A stretch of 34,844 bases of DNA from an uncultured Candidatus Planktophila sp. (GCA_964533845.1 CAZHPQ010000005.1:1-34844), one strand, 5' to 3'; positions 8,687-22,210 are shown, counted from the first letter of the stretch. A program made the numbers and translations. Notes: a model not told the origin generated them from the letters alone.

Positions 8687-9052
8687 GTGAGCGCCAATCC
8701 ATATATTCCAATTTTGGTGATTTTTGCCATTGGTCTTGGATTTGCAGTCTTTTCTGTAGCAATCGCATCCATTACAGGCCCAGCTCGCTACAACCGTGCC
8801 AAGCTCGAAGCGTATGAATGTGGAATCGAACCATCGCCACAAGCGCTCGAAGGCGGACGTTTTCCAGTGAAGTACTTCCTTACCGCAATGCTCTTTATTG
8901 TTTTTGATATTGAAATCGTTTTCCTTTATCCATGGGCAGTCACCTTTGACCAACTTGGATTATTTGGACTCGTTGAAATGGCAATTTTTATTGGAACAGT
9001 CTTCGTCGCATTTGCATATGTGTGGCGTCGCGGCGGATTGGAATGGGATTAA
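8687..9052 (+). CDS. nuoA: NADH-quinone oxidoreductase subunit A
   Basis: [29 protein letters not shown]. Confidence 0.97.
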   Translation: MSANPYIPILVIFAIGLGFAVFSVAIASITGPARYNRAKLEAYECGIEPSPQALEGGRFPVKYFLTAMLFIVFDIEIVFLYPWAVTFDQLGLFGLVEMAIFIGTVFVAFAYVWRRGGLEWD

Positions 9053-9089
9053 TTGTGATGGAGCTGAAAGCGTTGAAGGGGTTTATCTA

Positions 9090-9647
9090 GTGGGCCTAGA
9101 AGATAAGTTACCGAGCGGAGTTCTGCTCTCTACAGTCGAAGGTTTGGCTGGATACATGCGCAAAAGCTCTGTCTGGCCAGCAACTTTCGGTCTGGCATGT
9201 TGCGCAATTGAAATGATGGCGCTCGGTTCTGCGCCAAAGCACGATATTTCGCGTTTTGGAATGGAGCGTTTCTCTGCATCTCCTCGTCAAGCAGATCTCA
9301 TGATTGTTGCTGGTCGCGTTTCACAGAAGATGGCTCCAGTGCTTCGTCAGATTTATGATCAAATGACAGCGCCTAAGTGGGTTATCTCAATGGGCGCATG
9401 CGCATCATCTGGCGGAATGTTTAACAACTACGCAATCGTTCAAGGCGTTGACCATATTGTTCCGGTTGATATCTATCTTCCTGGTTGCCCACCGCGTCCA
9501 GAACAGTTGATGGATGCAATCATCAAGCTCCACGCACTTATTAGCGATACCAAGCTTGGTCCAAATCGCGAAGCGATCATTAAAGAAGTTGAACTTGCAG
9601 CGTTAAACGCCAAGCCAACCATTCAGATGAAGGGGTTGCTGGCGTAA
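9090..9647 (+). CDS. nuoB: NADH-quinone oxidoreductase subunit B
   Basis: [42 protein letters not shown] start at 9090 (MGLEDKLP) after a GAAGGGG SD. Confidence 0.97.
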   Translation: MGLEDKLPSGVLLSTVEGLAGYMRKSSVWPATFGLACCAIEMMALGSAPKHDISRFGMERFSASPRQADLMIVAGRVSQKMAPVLRQIYDQMTAPKWVISMGACASSGGMFNNYAIVQGVDHIVPVDIYLPGCPPRPEQLMDAIIKLHALISDTKLGPNREAIIKEVELAALNAKPTIQMKGLLA

Positions 9648-10283
9648 ATGACTCAAGATCAGAGCGGTATGTTCGGCGCTGCAGGGACCGGAGATACCTC
9701 AGGTTATGGCGGCCTGGTTCGCCAAGCGGTCTCCTTTGGATCAACCGAGCGCCCATATGGAAGCTACTTCGATGAAGTTGCCGATGACCTCGAGCGCGCA
9801 TATCCAGATTTTTCAGATGCCATCACTCGCGTTGTTGTCGATCGTGGCGAACTCACACTTCATATAAAGAAAGAGCGACTTGTTGAAGTCGCATTTATCT
9901 TGCGCGATAAGTTGCGTTTTGAAATGTGCATGGGAGTCTCTGGCGTCCACTACCCAGAACGTACCGGCGCTGAACTCGTTGCTCTCTATCCACTGCTTTC
10001 TATGACCAAGAATCAGCGCATCCGCCTTGAGGTTGCAACTTCAGAACTTGACCCACATATTCCATCTGTAGTTGAAGTCTGGGCCGGAAATAACTGGCAC
10101 GAACGCGAAGTGTTCGACATGTTTGGAATTATCTTTGATGGCCACCCAGGTCTTACTCGCATCTTGATGCCAGATGACTGGGATGGACACCCACAACGTA
10201 AGGACTATCCACTTGGTGGAATTCCTGTTGAATATAAGGGCGCAACAACGCCTGCACCTTCTGAACGCAGGAGCTATCGATGA
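9648..10283 (+). CDS. nuoC: NADH-quinone oxidoreductase subunit C
   Basis: [18 protein letters not shown]...HPQRKDYPL. Confidence 0.96.
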   Translation: MTQDQSGMFGAAGTGDTSGYGGLVRQAVSFGSTERPYGSYFDEVADDLERAYPDFSDAITRVVVDRGELTLHIKKERLVEVAFILRDKLRFEMCMGVSGVHYPERTGAELVALYPLLSMTKNQRIRLEVATSELDPHIPSVVEVWAGNNWHEREVFDMFGIIFDGHPGLTRILMPDDWDGHPQRKDYPLGGIPVEYKGATTPAPSERRSYR

Positions 10284-11617
10284 CTACCTTTGATCCATAC
10301 GCATCCTCACGCGAAACCACTGAAGGCACAGTCTTCTCTGTCACTGGTGGCGATTGGGATTCACTCGTCTCTGAAATTGGAGAATCTAAAGAAGAGCGCA
10401 TCATCGTCAACATGGGTCCACAGCACCCATCAACTCACGGTGTATTGCGATTAGTTCTTGAGCTCGAGGGCGAAACTGTCACTGAAGTACGTACAGGTAT
10501 CGGTTATCTCCACACAGGTATTGAGAAGAACATTGAGTTCCGCAACTGGACCCAAGCGGTCACCTTTGCGACCCGCATGGATTACTTGTCACCAATCTTT
10601 AATGAGACTGCATACTGCCTGGCAGTTGAAAAGTTGCTTGGAATTACCAACGATATTCCAGAGCGCGCATCTGTTATCCGCGTCTTAATGATGGAGCTCA
10701 ACCGCATCTCATCTCACATGGTTGCCCTCGGTACCGGAGCTCTTGAACTAGGTGCGATGGGTCCAATGTTCTTCGCCTTCCGTGAGCGCGAAGCAGTACT
10801 CGATGCCTTTGAAGAAATTACCGGTCTTCGCATGAATATGGCATATGTACGCCCAGGTGGAGTTTCACAAGATCTTCCTGCAGGCATGAATATCAAGCTC
10901 CGCGAATTGGTCAAGACTCTGCGCAAGAACTTTAAAGATAATGCAACCCTTCTCATTGGTAACACAATTTGGATGAAGCGCACTGAAGGAATTGGTTATC
11001 TCGATCTCGCTGGTTGTACAACTCTTGGAATTACTGGGCCAGTTCTACGTTCAACTGGTCTTCCTTGGGACTTACGCAAGATGCAGCCTTACTGCGGATA
11101 TGAAAACTATGAATTTGATGTTGTCACAGCCGACACTGCAGATGTTTATGGCCGTTTCTTATGTCGCATGAATGAACTTGAGCAATCGCTTCGCATCATC
11201 GAACAAGCTGTCGATAAGCTCGACAAGCTTGAAGGTCAGCCAGTAATGGTTGCAGATAAGAAGATTGCATGGCCGGCGCAGTTGGCTCTTGGTGCAGATG
11301 GACTTGGTAACTCACTTGATCACATCCGCGAAATCATGGGCACATCTATGGAATCTTTGATTCACCACTTTAAGTTGGTAACAGAAGGCTTCCGTGTTCC
11401 AGCAGGCCAGGCATATGCTGCAGTTGAATCTCCACGCGGAGAACTGGCAGCGCACGTTGTCTCAGACGGTGGCACACGTCCATACCGCGTTCACTTCCGC
11501 GAACCATCCTTTAATAACTTGCAATCAATTTCAGCAATGAGCGAAGGTGGAATGGTCGCTGACATCGTTGGCGCTGTTGCATCTATCGATCCTGTTATGG
11601 GAGGAGTGGACCGCTAA
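10280..11617 (+). CDS. nuoD: NADH-quinone oxidoreductase subunit D
   Basis: [31 protein letters not shown]-terminal DPVMGGVDR. Confidence 0.97.
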   Translation: MTTFDPYASSRETTEGTVFSVTGGDWDSLVSEIGESKEERIIVNMGPQHPSTHGVLRLVLELEGETVTEVRTGIGYLHTGIEKNIEFRNWTQAVTFATRMDYLSPIFNETAYCLAVEKLLGITNDIPERASVIRVLMMELNRISSHMVALGTGALELGAMGPMFFAFREREAVLDAFEEITGLRMNMAYVRPGGVSQDLPAGMNIKLRELVKTLRKNFKDNATLLIGNTIWMKRTEGIGYLDLAGCTTLGITGPVLRSTGLPWDLRKMQPYCGYENYEFDVVTADTADVYGRFLCRMNELEQSLRIIEQAVDKLDKLEGQPVMVADKKIAWPAQLALGADGLGNSLDHIREIMGTSMESLIHHFKLVTEGFRVPAGQAYAAVESPRGELAAHVVSDGGTRPYRVHFREPSFNNLQSISAMSEGGMVADIVGAVASIDPVMGGVDR

Positions 11618-12234
11618 TGACTCTTGATCGCGAACTCATGCAGACAATTATCAAGCGCTACCCACGTAGCCGCTCTGCCATCATGCCTTTGCTTCATTAC
11701 GTGCAGTCAGTATCTGGCTATGTCACCAATGAAGGAATCGAAACAATCTCAGAACTTCTAGAGATTGAAACTGCTGAAGTTTCTGCAGTAGCCACCTTCT
11801 ACACCCAATACAAGCGCAAGCCAGTGGGCGAGTACCACATAGGCGTTTGCACAAATACTTTATGTGCGGTTATGGGTGGAGATGCCATCTTCGCATCTCT
11901 TAAAGACCATCTCGGCATTGAAAATGATGGCGTTACTGCCGATGGCAAGGTTTCGCTTGAACATATCGAATGTAACGCGGCTTGCGATTACGCACCTGTA
12001 GTGATGGCTAACTGGGAGTTCTACGACAACCAGACAGTTGAATCTGCAAAGGCGCTCGTTGATGGTGCGCGTGCAGGAAATCCGCCTGCACCAACTCGTG
12101 GTCCAAGCCGACTAGTTACATATAAAGAAGCATCTGCAGTTCTCGCTGGTCTCGATGACGGACTTGCACGCGAAGGCGTACAAGCGGGCGAGCCAACCTT
12201 GCTTGGCCTCAAGCTCTCAAAGGAAGGTAAGTAA
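11617..12234 (+). CDS. nuoE: NADH-quinone oxidoreductase subunit E
   Basis: VATFYTQY; 2Fe-2S ligands CTNTLC and CNAACD. Confidence 0.96.
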   Translation: MTLDRELMQTIIKRYPRSRSAIMPLLHYVQSVSGYVTNEGIETISELLEIETAEVSAVATFYTQYKRKPVGEYHIGVCTNTLCAVMGGDAIFASLKDHLGIENDGVTADGKVSLEHIECNAACDYAPVVMANWEFYDNQTVESAKALVDGARAGNPPAPTRGPSRLVTYKEASAVLAGLDDGLAREGVQAGEPTLLGLKLSKEGK

Positions 12235-13514
12235 TGTCAAAGTTAACTCCTGTCCTTTCTGCTCACTGGGACGAAAAAGATTCATTTACTATCGAGGCAT
12301 ACACACGCCATGGCGGTTACGGCGCTTCTAAGAAAGCTCTCGCTATGGATCCTGATGCTGTCATCCAAATAGTGAAAGATTCTGGTCTCCGCGGTCGCGG
12401 TGGAGCAGGCTTCCCAACAGGAATGAAGTGGGGATTTATCCCACAGGGTGACGATAAAGATCACTATCTCGTCGTTAACGCTGATGAATCAGAGCCTGGA
12501 ACATGTAAAGACACCCCACTTTTGATGGCGAACCCACATGTATTAATTGAAGGATGCATCATCGCCTGCCATGCAATTCGCGCAAAGCGCGCATTCATTT
12601 ATATTCGTGGCGAAGTAACGCACGTAGTTCGTCGCGTTAATGCAGCAATCGCTGATGCATATAAGGCCGGTCACCTTGGTAATGGAATTGATGTCACTTT
12701 GCACATTGGCGCTGGTGCATATATCTGTGGTGAAGAAACTGCGCTCCTTGATTCACTCGAAGGTTTCCGTGGTCAACCACGACTTCGCCCACCATTCCCA
12801 GCAATCGCTGGCCTTTATGCGCGCCCAACTGTTGTCAATAACGTCGAATCAATTTCATCTGTTCCGGCAATCATTGCAAATGGCGCAGAGTGGTACCAAT
12901 CAATGGGTACTGAAAAGTCAAAGGGTGCAACTCTCTATTCGCTCTCGGGACATGTAAATAACCCTGGACAATTTGAAGCACCGCTTGGAATTACCTTGCG
13001 CGAAATTCTTGAACTTGCAGGTGGAGTTCGCACCGGACACAAGCTCAAGTTCTGGACTCCTGGTGGGTCTTCAACTCCACTCTTTACAGATGCGCACCTT
13101 GATATTCCACTGGATTACGAAGGCGTTTCTGCTGCCGGCTCGATGCTTGGTACAAAGGCGCTACAGATTTTCGATGAAACAACATGTGTTGTCCGCGCAG
13201 TACTTCGCTGGACCGAGTTCTACAAGCACGAATCTTGCGGAAAGTGCACACCGTGCCGTGAAGGAACCTGGTGGTTGGTACAGATCCTTCGTGATCTTGA
13301 AAACGGAACTGGCACAGAGGCAGATCTTGAGAAGTTGCTCGATCTCTGCGACAACATCATGGGTCGCTCATTCTGCGCACTCGGTGATGGTGCAACGAGC
13401 CCAATTACTTCATCCATTAAGTATTTCCGCGACGAATACATCGCTCACCTGACAAACGGTGCCTGCCCATTCGATCCCGTGAAATCAACTCTCTTTACTG
13501 GGGCGGTGAGCTAA
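12234..13514 (+). CDS. nuoF: NADH-quinone oxidoreductase subunit F
   Basis: SGLRGRGGAGFPTG, NADESEPG, GAGAYICGEETAL, ESCGKCTPCREG. Confidence 0.97.
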   Translation: MSKLTPVLSAHWDEKDSFTIEAYTRHGGYGASKKALAMDPDAVIQIVKDSGLRGRGGAGFPTGMKWGFIPQGDDKDHYLVVNADESEPGTCKDTPLLMANPHVLIEGCIIACHAIRAKRAFIYIRGEVTHVVRRVNAAIADAYKAGHLGNGIDVTLHIGAGAYICGEETALLDSLEGFRGQPRLRPPFPAIAGLYARPTVVNNVESISSVPAIIANGAEWYQSMGTEKSKGATLYSLSGHVNNPGQFEAPLGITLREILELAGGVRTGHKLKFWTPGGSSTPLFTDAHLDIPLDYEGVSAAGSMLGTKALQIFDETTCVVRAVLRWTEFYKHESCGKCTPCREGTWWLVQILRDLENGTGTEADLEKLLDLCDNIMGRSFCALGDGATSPITSSIKYFRDEYIAHLTNGACPFDPVKSTLFTGAVS

Positions 13515-15877
13515 TGACTACAACACAAGGCTCAGCAGTTGCAGTCGAGTTGATTACCGTCGTTATCGACGGCTTTGAAGTTTCAGTACCAAAGGGAACT
13601 TTGGTAATTCGCGCAGCAGAAAAGTTAGGAATTCAGATTCCACGTTTCTGTGATCACCCACTTCTTGATCCAGTTGGCGCTTGCCGTCAATGTTTGGTTG
13701 ATATTGAAATCAACGGCCGTGCATTCCCAAAGCCACAGGCATCATGCACAATTCCAGTTGAGCCAAACATGATCGTAAAGACACAGTTGACATCCCCCGT
13801 TGCAGATAAGGCGCAACAAGGTGTTATGGAACTGCTTCTCGGTAACCATCCACTTGATTGCCCAGTCTGCGACAAGGGTGGTGAATGTCCTCTTCAAAAC
13901 CAGGCGATGAGCAATGGTCGCGCTGATGCGCGCCTCGATGGATACAAGCGCGTATTTGAGAAGCCAATTGCGATTTCATCTTCAGTCTTGCTCGATCGTG
14001 AACGTTGCGTTCTCTGTGCTCGTTGTACACGCTTCTCTGCACAGATTGCATCTGATCCATTTATTACTTTGAATGAACGTGGAGCTCTACAGCAGGTAGG
14101 CATCTACGAGAACGATCCATTTAAGTCTTACTTCTCTGGCAATACTGTGCAGATCTGCCCAGTTGGTGCGCTGACCGGTACTTCCTACCGTTTCCGTGCA
14201 CGTCCATTCGATTTGGTTTCAACTCCATCTGCTTGTGAGCACTGTGCATCAGGTTGCGATATGCGCACCGATGTTCGTCGTGGCAAAACGCTACGCCGTC
14301 TCGCAGGAGATGACCCATCTGTCAACGAAGAGTGGAACTGCGACAAGGGTCGCTGGGCATTTAAGTACGTCACAGCACTGGATCGTCTTAATCAGCCACT
14401 CGTTCGAAATTCAGAGGGCGAACTCGTTGCAGCCTCTTGGCCTGAAGCACTCGCTGCAGCTGCCGCAGGTCTTAAGGGCAAGCGCGCTGCAGTTCTCACA
14501 GGCGGACGCGTTACAACAGAAGATGCCTACGGTTATTCAAAGTTTGCTCGTATTGCACTTGGTACGAACGATATTGATTACCGCGCTCGAGTGACTTCAG
14601 ATGAAGAACGTGATTTCTTAGCAGCACACGTCGCAGGCTCTTCCACAACGTATCGCGATATCGATACTGCAGATCAGGTTGTACTTATCGCCTTCGAACC
14701 GGAAGAAGAATCTCCAATCGTCTTCTTGCGAATCAATAAGCAATTTAAGAAGCGCGGCCTCAAAGTCACCGCAGTAGCAACTAAGCACTCTATCGCCATG
14801 GAAAAACTCAAGGCAGAGTTCATCAAGGTTGCACCAGGTGCTGAAAGCGCAGCTGTTTCTGCTCTTTCACTCACACCTAAATCAATCATCCTCGTCGGAG
14901 AACGCGCATCCGAAAGCGCAGGGCTCTTCTCAGCAGTTGCAGCCCTTGCTGCCAAGACTGGTGCGAAGGTTGCATATATTCCTCGTCGCGCCGGAGAACG
15001 CGGCGCACTTGAAGCAGGCGCACTTGGCAACGTTCTACCTGGTGGTCGACCTGTTGTTGATGCAGCAGCTCGCGTAGATATTGCAGCAGCGTGGGGCGTT
15101 AGCTCACTTCCTGCAGAGCCAGGCCGCACAACTTCTGAAATTCTTGTCGCACTTGCAGCAGGAAACCTTGATGCAGTTGTTGTGGGCGGAGTTGATGCTC
15201 ACGATCTTCACCACGGATCAGAAGCTCTTGCTGCTCTTAAGAAATCTTTTGTCGTCTCACTCGAGATTGCACCAAGTTCAGTGACTGCAGTTGCAGATGT
15301 TGTTCTTCCAGTTGCTGCAATCACTGAAAAGAGCGGCAGCTTCCTTAACTGGGAAGGCCGCGCCCGCGCCTTTGATTCAGCAGTTGCTGATTCACATAAC
15401 CGCAGCGATGTTCGTATTCTTTCGATGCTCGCAGATGCACTCGGTAATCCAATTTCATTGGGCACAGTCACAGCGGCGGCTCGCGAATTTAACCAACTCG
15501 GTAAGTGGGATGGTGCACGCGTTGCTATGAATTCAGTGGCCCCAGTATCAACGCCATCTGTTTCAGGTAACGACGCCATCTTGACTTCATGGCGCCGCTT
15601 GCTGGATATGGGAACGTTGCAAAAGGGTGAAGATAATTTGGCTGGAACTCGTCGACCAACTGTTGCTGTCGTATCTCCAAAGCGCGCAGCGGCGATGGGC
15701 GTAAATAGCGGTGAGCAAGTGCGAGTGTCGAATGCACATGGCTCAATCACTATTCCAGTACTAGTTGAAGATATTCATGATGATGCGGTTTGGATTCCAC
15801 GTAATTCATTTGCATCCCAAGCACTTGTTGCACTCGATGCAGTTCACGGCGAAGTAGTTACGGTGGTGAAGGCATGA
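13514..15877 (+). CDS. nuoG: NADH-quinone oxidoreductase subunit G
   Basis: [35 protein letters not shown], plus the N7-type cluster CEHCASGC...CDKG. Confidence 0.97.
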   Translation: MTTTQGSAVAVELITVVIDGFEVSVPKGTLVIRAAEKLGIQIPRFCDHPLLDPVGACRQCLVDIEINGRAFPKPQASCTIPVEPNMIVKTQLTSPVADKAQQGVMELLLGNHPLDCPVCDKGGECPLQNQAMSNGRADARLDGYKRVFEKPIAISSSVLLDRERCVLCARCTRFSAQIASDPFITLNERGALQQVGIYENDPFKSYFSGNTVQICPVGALTGTSYRFRARPFDLVSTPSACEHCASGCDMRTDVRRGKTLRRLAGDDPSVNEEWNCDKGRWAFKYVTALDRLNQPLVRNSEGELVAASWPEALAAAAAGLKGKRAAVLTGGRVTTEDAYGYSKFARIALGTNDIDYRARVTSDEERDFLAAHVAGSSTTYRDIDTADQVVLIAFEPEEESPIVFLRINKQFKKRGLKVTAVATKHSIAMEKLKAEFIKVAPGAESAAVSALSLTPKSIILVGERASESAGLFSAVAALAAKTGAKVAYIPRRAGERGALEAGALGNVLPGGRPVVDAAARVDIAAAWGVSSLPAEPGRTTSEILVALAAGNLDAVVVGGVDAHDLHHGSEALAALKKSFVVSLEIAPSSVTAVADVVLPVAAITEKSGSFLNWEGRARAFDSAVADSHNRSDVRILSMLADALGNPISLGTVTAAAREFNQLGKWDGARVAMNSVAPVSTPSVSGNDAILTSWRRLLDMGTLQKGEDNLAGTRRPTVAVVSPKRAAAMGVNSGEQVRVSNAHGSITIPVLVEDIHDDAVWIPRNSFASQALVALDAVHGEVVTVVKA

Positions 15878-17100
15878 CAACAGCAGAACTCTTGGCACAA
15901 GATCCCGTCTGGCTTATCGTTGTAAAGGCGCTGATTGTTTTCATTATCTGCGTCATCTCTACCTTGTTGGCCGTTTGGACCGAACGTCGCGTCTTGGCAA
16001 AGATGCAGCTACGTACTGGACCGAACCGCGTTGGAAAATTTGGTTTATTGCAATCCTTGGCTGATGGCGTAAAGCTAGCGCTGAAGGAAGACATCATTCC
16101 TGCAGCAGCCGATAAAATTGTCTTTATCTTGGCGCCGATCATCGCCACATCGATGTGCTTTATGGCCTTTGCCGTTATCCCAATGACGGGTGAGGTAAGC
16201 ATCTTTGGGCAGCAGACCGCGCTACAACTGACTGATTTGCCGGTAGGCGTTCTCTATATCCTCGCAGTTACATCTATCGGTGTGTATGGCGTTGTATTGG
16301 CTGGTTGGTCTTCTGGTTCTACCTACCCGCTACTTGGTGGTCTTCGCTCAAGTGCTCAAGTGGTTTCCTATGAAATCGCAATGGGTCTCTCTCTTGTTGC
16401 TGTCTTTATCTATGCCGGATCAATGTCGACCTCTGACATCGTTGGCTCTCAGCATGACAATATCTGGAACGCAATCGTTCTCTTCCCATCATTTGTTATC
16501 TATGTGATTTCTATGGTCGGAGAAACCAACCGCGCACCATTTGACCTTGCTGAAGCTGAAGGTGAGCTCGTTGGTGGTTTCCACACCGAGTACTCTTCCC
16601 TTAAGTTCGCACTCTTCTTCTTGGCTGAATACGTCAACATCATTGCAGTCTCAGCGCTGGCAACAACGCTCTTCCTTGGTGGATATCACGCACTTCCAGG
16701 TCTTGGCTTTACAGAAAGCTGGCTTGGTGGCTGGTTCACCCTGGTCTGGTTCTTTGCCAAAGTTATCTTCTTCTTCTTTATCTTTATGTGGTTGCGTGCA
16801 ACGCTCCCACGTCTTCGCTACGACCAGTTTATGAAGTTTGGCTGGAAGGTATTGATTCCAGTTTCACTCATCTGGATTTTGATTGTGGCAACACTTCGCG
16901 TTCTACAGCAAGAAGGTGCATCACGCGTTGCCCTCATCTCGTTCGCTGCTGGAATCGTTATCTTGGTGATGGCTGCTAGCTCGCTCTTGGATCGCAATAA
17001 GCAAAAGGCGCGCGCTCCAAAGCCAGAGGGTGAAGCGCCAGACTTCCCAATTCCATCTCTTCCACAAGTGCAATCAATTAACGTGTCAGGAGAGAAGTAA
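15874..17100 (+). CDS. nuoH: NADH-quinone oxidoreductase subunit H
   Basis: [50 protein letters not shown]. Confidence 0.97.
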   Translation: MTTAELLAQDPVWLIVVKALIVFIICVISTLLAVWTERRVLAKMQLRTGPNRVGKFGLLQSLADGVKLALKEDIIPAAADKIVFILAPIIATSMCFMAFAVIPMTGEVSIFGQQTALQLTDLPVGVLYILAVTSIGVYGVVLAGWSSGSTYPLLGGLRSSAQVVSYEIAMGLSLVAVFIYAGSMSTSDIVGSQHDNIWNAIVLFPSFVIYVISMVGETNRAPFDLAEAEGELVGGFHTEYSSLKFALFFLAEYVNIIAVSALATTLFLGGYHALPGLGFTESWLGGWFTLVWFFAKVIFFFFIFMWLRATLPRLRYDQFMKFGWKVLIPVSLIWILIVATLRVLQQEGASRVALISFAAGIVILVMAASSLLDRNKQKARAPKPEGEAPDFPIPSLPQVQSINVSGEK

Positions 17101-17726
17101 TGACTGACTTCAACGAGAACTCAAAGCTAGAGAAGAAGAGTTCAGGACAAGCTGATATCAACTCAGTTCCATTCACTGAAGTTGAGCAGCCAGGTCCCGC
17201 TCCTCTCGGCAAGCAAGCGAAGGGATTCTGGGTCACCTTCTCTTCTATGTTTAAGAAGAATCAGACCGTTCAATATCCTGATGTAAAGGCACCAACTCAG
17301 CCACGTTTCCATGGTCGCCATCAACTTAACCGCCATCCGGATGGACTTGAAAAGTGCATCGGCTGCGAACTCTGTGCTTGGGCATGTCCGGCAGATGCAA
17401 TCTATGTAGAAGGTGGCAATAACACTCCTGGCAATCAGCTCTCTCCTGGAGAACGCCATGGTGCGGTCTATCAAATTAATTATCTTCGTTGCATCTTCTG
17501 CGGACTCTGCGTCGAAGCCTGCCCAACTCGTGCGCTGACAATGACTAATGAATATGAACTTGCAGATGACAAGCGTGAAAAGTTGATCTTCGAAAAGGAA
17601 GATCTGCTAGCTCCACTTCGCCAAGGAATGTTGGCGCCACCTCATCCGATGTATCCAGGCATGACCGATACCAATTACTACAACGGTGATGTCAAGGAAG
17701 CACATCCTTCACAGGGAGTGAATTAA
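17100..17726 (+). CDS. nuoI: NADH-quinone oxidoreductase subunit I
   Basis: Two 4Fe-4S motifs [12 protein letters not shown] and [12 protein letters not shown]. Confidence 0.97.
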   Translation: MTDFNENSKLEKKSSGQADINSVPFTEVEQPGPAPLGKQAKGFWVTFSSMFKKNQTVQYPDVKAPTQPRFHGRHQLNRHPDGLEKCIGCELCAWACPADAIYVEGGNNTPGNQLSPGERHGAVYQINYLRCIFCGLCVEACPTRALTMTNEYELADDKREKLIFEKEDLLAPLRQGMLAPPHPMYPGMTDTNYYNGDVKEAHPSQGVN

Positions 17727-18496
17727 TGTTGACGATTCAAACTCCTGAAGAAGTGATGTTCTGGATACTCGGACCACTTTCTGTCATTGCTGCAATCGGA
17801 ATGCTCGTAGTAAAGAAGGCAGTTCACTCAGCACTTCTGCTTGCCTGGATCATGATCACAATTGCACTCTTCTATATTGCCCAAGATGCGGTATTCCTTG
17901 GAATCGTTCAGATTGTTGTCTACACAGGCGCAGTCATGATGCTCTTCCTCTTTATCTTGATGTTGGTCGGAGTCGATGCATCAGATTCATTGACCGAGAC
18001 AATTCCTGGCCTTCGAGCAATTGCAATCACTGCAGCGCTCGGCTTTGGTGGTTTATTGGTATCTCTCATTAGCCGCGCAACTTTAGGGCGCCCAGCGATT
18101 GGACTTGCTGAAGCAAATAAAGATGGAAATGTGCAGGGGCTAGCAAAGCTGCTCTTCTCAGATTACGTCTTTGCATTTGAAGCAATCTCTGCACTTTTGA
18201 TTACTGCAGCCCTTGGCGCGATGGTGCTAGCGCATCATCAACGTACAGTTGCGCGACCAACTCAGCGCGAACAATCGATCGCTCGCTTCCGCACAGGTTC
18301 ACTTGCTTCTGCAGCCGGTCTTCCAAACCCAGGTGTGTATGCCCGTCACAACGCAGTCGATGTTCCAGCACTTCTTCCAGATGGCACTCCAGCACCAAAC
18401 TCAATCTCTGCAACGCTCAAAGCTCGTGGAGATATGTTGGAGTCAAGCCAATTTGCACTCGGCGAAGTTGATAACACAGTGCAGGAGGAGAAGTAG
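17726..18496 (+). CDS. nuoJ: NADH-quinone oxidoreductase subunit J
   Basis: [16 protein letters not shown]; actinobacterial C-terminal tail [19 protein letters not shown]. Confidence 0.95.
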   Translation: MLTIQTPEEVMFWILGPLSVIAAIGMLVVKKAVHSALLLAWIMITIALFYIAQDAVFLGIVQIVVYTGAVMMLFLFILMLVGVDASDSLTETIPGLRAIAITAALGFGGLLVSLISRATLGRPAIGLAEANKDGNVQGLAKLLFSDYVFAFEAISALLITAALGAMVLAHHQRTVARPTQREQSIARFRTGSLASAAGLPNPGVYARHNAVDVPALLPDGTPAPNSISATLKARGDMLESSQFALGEVDNTVQEEK

Positions 18497-18795
18497 TGAA
18501 TCCGTATAACTACCTCTATGTAGCTGGCCTACTCTTCACAATTGGTGCTATTGGCGTCATTGTTCGCCGCAACGCAATCGTTGTCTTTATGTGCATCGAG
18601 CTGATGCTCAATGCGGCAAACCTGACATTGGTTACCTTCGCAAGAATTAATGGAACTCTCGAAGGACAAGTAACTGCATTCTTTACGATGGTCGTGGCAG
18701 CCTGCGAAGTAGTTGTTGGCCTAGCCATCATTATCGCCATTTATCGATCTCGCCGTTCAGCATCTATCGATGATGCTAGTTTGTTGAAGCGATAA
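18496..18795 (+). CDS. nuoK: NADH-quinone oxidoreductase subunit K
   Basis: [25 protein letters not shown]. Confidence 0.96.
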   Translation: MNPYNYLYVAGLLFTIGAIGVIVRRNAIVVFMCIELMLNAANLTLVTFARINGTLEGQVTAFFTMVVAACEVVVGLAIIIAIYRSRRSASIDDASLLKR

Positions 18796-18797
18796 AA

Positions 18798-20696
18798 ATG
18801 GTTACTTCATCATCTTTGGTCTACCTCATCGCGCTCCCGCTATTTGGAGCTGTCACACTTTTGCTCGCTGGTCGCCGCGCTGATAAGTGGGGGCACCTAC
18901 TCGGAACAGCGATGTCAGCTTCGTCATTTGGAGTTGGCCTCTATCAGCTCTCGCAGATGCTTTCTCGCTCCACTGAAGAACGAGCCATCAGTCAGAAGTT
19001 GTTTACCTGGATTGATGTCGCATCATTCCAAGTAGATGCTGGCCTTCTCCTTGACCAGCTCTCAATCTGCTTTGTTCTGCTTATTACCGGCGTTGGAACT
19101 CTGATTCACATTTACTCAATCTCATATATGTCACATGATGAGAACCGTCGTCGTTTCTTTGCTTATCTCAACCTCTTTATTGCAGCGATGCTCTTACTTG
19201 TTCTTGGTGATTCGTACTTAACTCTCTATGTTGGGTGGGAAGGTGTCGGTTTAGCTTCTTACCTATTGATTGGGTTCTGGAATCAGAAGCCGGCATATGC
19301 CACAGCTTCCAAGAAGGCATTTGTCATGAACCGTATTGGTGACATGGGACTTTCCTTCGCCATCATGATTGCATTTGCAACCCTTGGCACAGTCTCCTTT
19401 GCAGGAGTCAAAGAGGCATCAGAAGGTGCATCCGAGACGGCGTTGACTGCAATCGGAATCATGTTGCTCATTGCAGCAGCAGGTAAATCTGCGCAGTTCC
19501 CATTGCAGGCATGGCTCGGCGATGCGATGGCGGGACCGACTCCAGTGTCAGCGTTGATTCACGCAGCAACAATGGTGACAGCAGGTGTCTACCTCATCGT
19601 TCGTTCAAACTTTATCTTTGATGCAGCTCCAACTGCTCAGCTGATTGTTGTCATCGTCGGTGCAATTACCTTGCTCTTTGGCGCTGTTATCGGTACCGCT
19701 AAAGATGACATTAAGAAGGCGCTTGCTGCCTCCACAATGTCTCAGATCGGTTACATGGTTCTTGGCGCCGGCCTCGGACCAGCGGGATATGCATTTGCAA
19801 TCATGCACCTGCTGACACACGGATTCTTTAAGGCGGGAATGTTCTTGGGTGCAGGATCAGTTATGCACGGAATGAATGACACCGTTGATATGAGGCGTTA
19901 TGGTGCGCTCCGAAAATTTATGCCTATTACCTTTATTACCTTTGGACTTGGTTACCTCGCAATTATTGGAGTGCCACCTTTCGCAGGGTTCTATTCGAAG
20001 GATCTAATTATTGAAACTGCATTTAATGCAGGTGGATTCAAAGGAATCCTCTTGGGTTCAATCGGCCTACTCGGCGCAGTAATTACAGCCTTCTATATGA
20101 CTCGCGTAATGATTCTGACCTTCACTAGCCCAAAGCGTTGGGAAGAAGATCAACACCCACACGAGTCACCATTCTTAATGTGGTTCCCAATGGTGGTTCT
20201 TTCCATTGGTTCTGTCACTTCTGGTCTGCTCTTCTATCGCGGTGATGCGTTGGCTAACTGGCTCAACCCAGTCTTTGGTGATCACGGCAAAGACCACTAC
20301 GAGGAACATCTCTTTGCACCAATCGTTGTCTCAGCGATGGCTCTGACCGCGGTTGCTATTGGCGTTGGAATTGCCATCGTGAAGTATCAGCTCTCTGAGA
20401 TCGATGCAGTTGCTCCTGAAAACGTCTCAATCTTTACCCGAATCGCACGTAAGGATCTATTGCAGGATTCATTTAACGAATCGGTCTTCATGCGCCCTGG
20501 CCAAGCACTTACTCGTTTGCTTGTTAAGGGTGATGAAAAAGTTGTCGATGGCGCAGTTCGCGGCATCGGCCGTACTGCCCTCGGTGCAGGAGCTACCTTG
20601 CGCAGATCTCAATCAGGATTTGCACGTAGTTATGCAGCGCTGATTCTTGTAGGTGCAGTTGCTCTCATCGCAGGAATTTGGGTGGTCACGCTATGA
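18798..20696 (+). CDS. nuoL: NADH-quinone oxidoreductase subunit L
   Basis: [55 protein letters not shown]. Confidence 0.97.
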   Translation: MVTSSSLVYLIALPLFGAVTLLLAGRRADKWGHLLGTAMSASSFGVGLYQLSQMLSRSTEERAISQKLFTWIDVASFQVDAGLLLDQLSICFVLLITGVGTLIHIYSISYMSHDENRRRFFAYLNLFIAAMLLLVLGDSYLTLYVGWEGVGLASYLLIGFWNQKPAYATASKKAFVMNRIGDMGLSFAIMIAFATLGTVSFAGVKEASEGASETALTAIGIMLLIAAAGKSAQFPLQAWLGDAMAGPTPVSALIHAATMVTAGVYLIVRSNFIFDAAPTAQLIVVIVGAITLLFGAVIGTAKDDIKKALAASTMSQIGYMVLGAGLGPAGYAFAIMHLLTHGFFKAGMFLGAGSVMHGMNDTVDMRRYGALRKFMPITFITFGLGYLAIIGVPPFAGFYSKDLIIETAFNAGGFKGILLGSIGLLGAVITAFYMTRVMILTFTSPKRWEEDQHPHESPFLMWFPMVVLSIGSVTSGLLFYRGDALANWLNPVFGDHGKDHYEEHLFAPIVVSAMALTAVAIGVGIAIVKYQLSEIDAVAPENVSIFTRIARKDLLQDSFNESVFMRPGQALTRLLVKGDEKVVDGAVRGIGRTALGAGATLRRSQSGFARSYAALILVGAVALIAGIWVVTL

Positions 20697-22210
20697 ACTC
20701 GCTAACGCTTCTTGGAATTCTTCCGCTTGTTGGTGCATTACTCATTGCAGTAATTCCTGCTGAGCAGGTACTTCGTGTCAAGCAGGCAGCCCTCGGCACC
20801 ACAATTCTTGTTGCTATCTCAGCAATCTTGATGTGGCTAAACTTTGATGAATCAAATACCGCATTTCAATTTGTTCAATCAGTAGAGTGGATTCCGTCAT
20901 TCGGAATCAACTACGCAGTTGGCGTTGATGGCCTCTCACTAGTTCTTATACTTCTTGCAGTTCTTCTGACCCCAATTGTTGTCCTGGCGGGCTGGAATGA
21001 ATCTGAAGGTGGGCGCTGGTCTGCCAAGGTCTTCTACATTCTTATCCTCGTTCTTGAGACGATGATGATTGGCGTCTTTGCTGCCACCGATGTCTTCTTG
21101 TTCTACGTATTCTTTGAAGCGATGTTGATCCCGGTCTACTTCCTTATTGGTGGATATGGCAGCGGAGAACGCGCAGCAGCTGCTGTGAAGTTCTTGCTCT
21201 TTAGCCTCTTCGGCGGTCTCTTGATGCTTGCCTCAATCATCGGCCTCTACGTCATCTCAAGTAAGAATGGTGGAGCAACTTTCGATATCACTGAGCTATC
21301 GCAGATGCATAACTACATGAGTTCAACTACTCAGAATCTGCTCTTCCTGGGATTTTTTATCGCCTTTGCAATCAAGGCGCCGCTCTGGCCACTTCACACT
21401 TGGTTGCCAGATGCAGCAGCATCAGGAACACCAGGTACATCAGTGCTCTTACTCGGTGTACTCGACAAGGTCGGAACATTTGGAATGATCCGCTTCTGTC
21501 TCTCGCTCTTCCCGGATGCATCGAAAACATTTACACCAGTGATTATTGTTCTGGCTGTTATCTCAATTCTTTATGGTGCATTCTTGGCAATAGGAGCTCG
21601 AGATATCAAGCGCCTGATTGCCTATACATCTATTTCTCACTTCGGCTTTATCACCATGGGAATCTTCGCTATGACTACCCAAGGCCATAGCGGCGCAATC
21701 CTCTATATGTTTAACCATGGCTTCTCGACAGCAGCGCTCTTTATCGTTGCCGGCTGGATGATTGCACGCCGTAAATCTTCAACGATTGCCGACTTTGGTG
21801 GGCTCCAGCGGGTCACTCCAATCATGGCGTGGTCATTCTTTATCGCAGGTATGTCATCGCTGGCGCTTCCGGGGCTATCAAGCTTCGTCAGTGAGTTCTT
21901 AGTTCTCGTCGGAACATTTACTCGCTATCCAGTTGCTGCAGTTCTTGCCACATTCGGAATCGTTCTCGCAGCGCTCTACATTTTGATTCCGGTACAGAAG
22001 GCGCTTCATGGGCCGACTACACCTGGAAATGAGAACCTGCCAGACCTCAATCTGCGCGAAAAGTTTGCTGTCGCTCCTGTAATGGCGATCATCATTGCAC
22101 TTGGTTTCTATCCCGCTCCTTTGCTCAACGTCATCAACCCGGTGGCAGCTCAGGTAATTGAGTCACAAGGCTTTACGGATCCAGTTCCATCAGAGAGCGC
22201 AGGTAAGTAA
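20693..22210 (+). CDS. nuoM: NADH-quinone oxidoreductase subunit M
   Basis: [41 protein letters not shown] 20693 overlaps the nuoL stop (ATGA). Confidence 0.96.
   Translation: MNSLTLLGILPLVGALLIAVIPAEQVLRVKQAALGTTILVAISAILMWLNFDESNTAFQFVQSVEWIPSFGINYAVGVDGLSLVLILLAVLLTPIVVLAGWNESEGGRWSAKVFYILILVLETMMIGVFAATDVFLFYVFFEAMLIPVYFLIGGYGSGERAAAAVKFLLFSLFGGLLMLASIIGLYVISSKNGGATFDITELSQMHNYMSSTTQNLLFLGFFIAFAIKAPLWPLHTWLPDAAASGTPGTSVLLLGVLDKVGTFGMIRFCLSLFPDASKTFTPVIIVLAVISILYGAFLAIGARDIKRLIAYTSISHFGFITMGIFAMTTQGHSGAILYMFNHGFSTAALFIVAGWMIARRKSSTIADFGGLQRVTPIMAWSFFIAGMSSLALPGLSSFVSEFLVLVGTFTRYPVAAVLATFGIVLAALYILIPVQKALHGPTTPGNENLPDLNLREKFAVAPVMAIIIALGFYPAPLLNVINPVAAQVIESQGFTDPVPSESAGK

Noticed and set aside
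8898-9089. 64-aa N-terminal extension of NuoB in the ORF track
   Set aside because: It overlaps nuoA in another frame. The conserved MGLEDKLP start with an SD is at GTG 9090.
14224-14350. Extra four-Cys cluster in NuoG and long tails on NuoH/NuoJ/NuoI
   Set aside because: The N7 cluster and the H/J tails are standard in actinobacterial complex I. The NuoI N-terminal extension looks like a low-complexity variable segment.
15208-15750. Long antisense and alternate-frame ORFs (e.g. 180 aa here, 14674-15129, 12973-13452, 2566-3027, 31537-31971)
   Set aside because: These are shadow ORFs of well-supported genes, with no motifs or RBS and composition explained by codon bias of the real gene.
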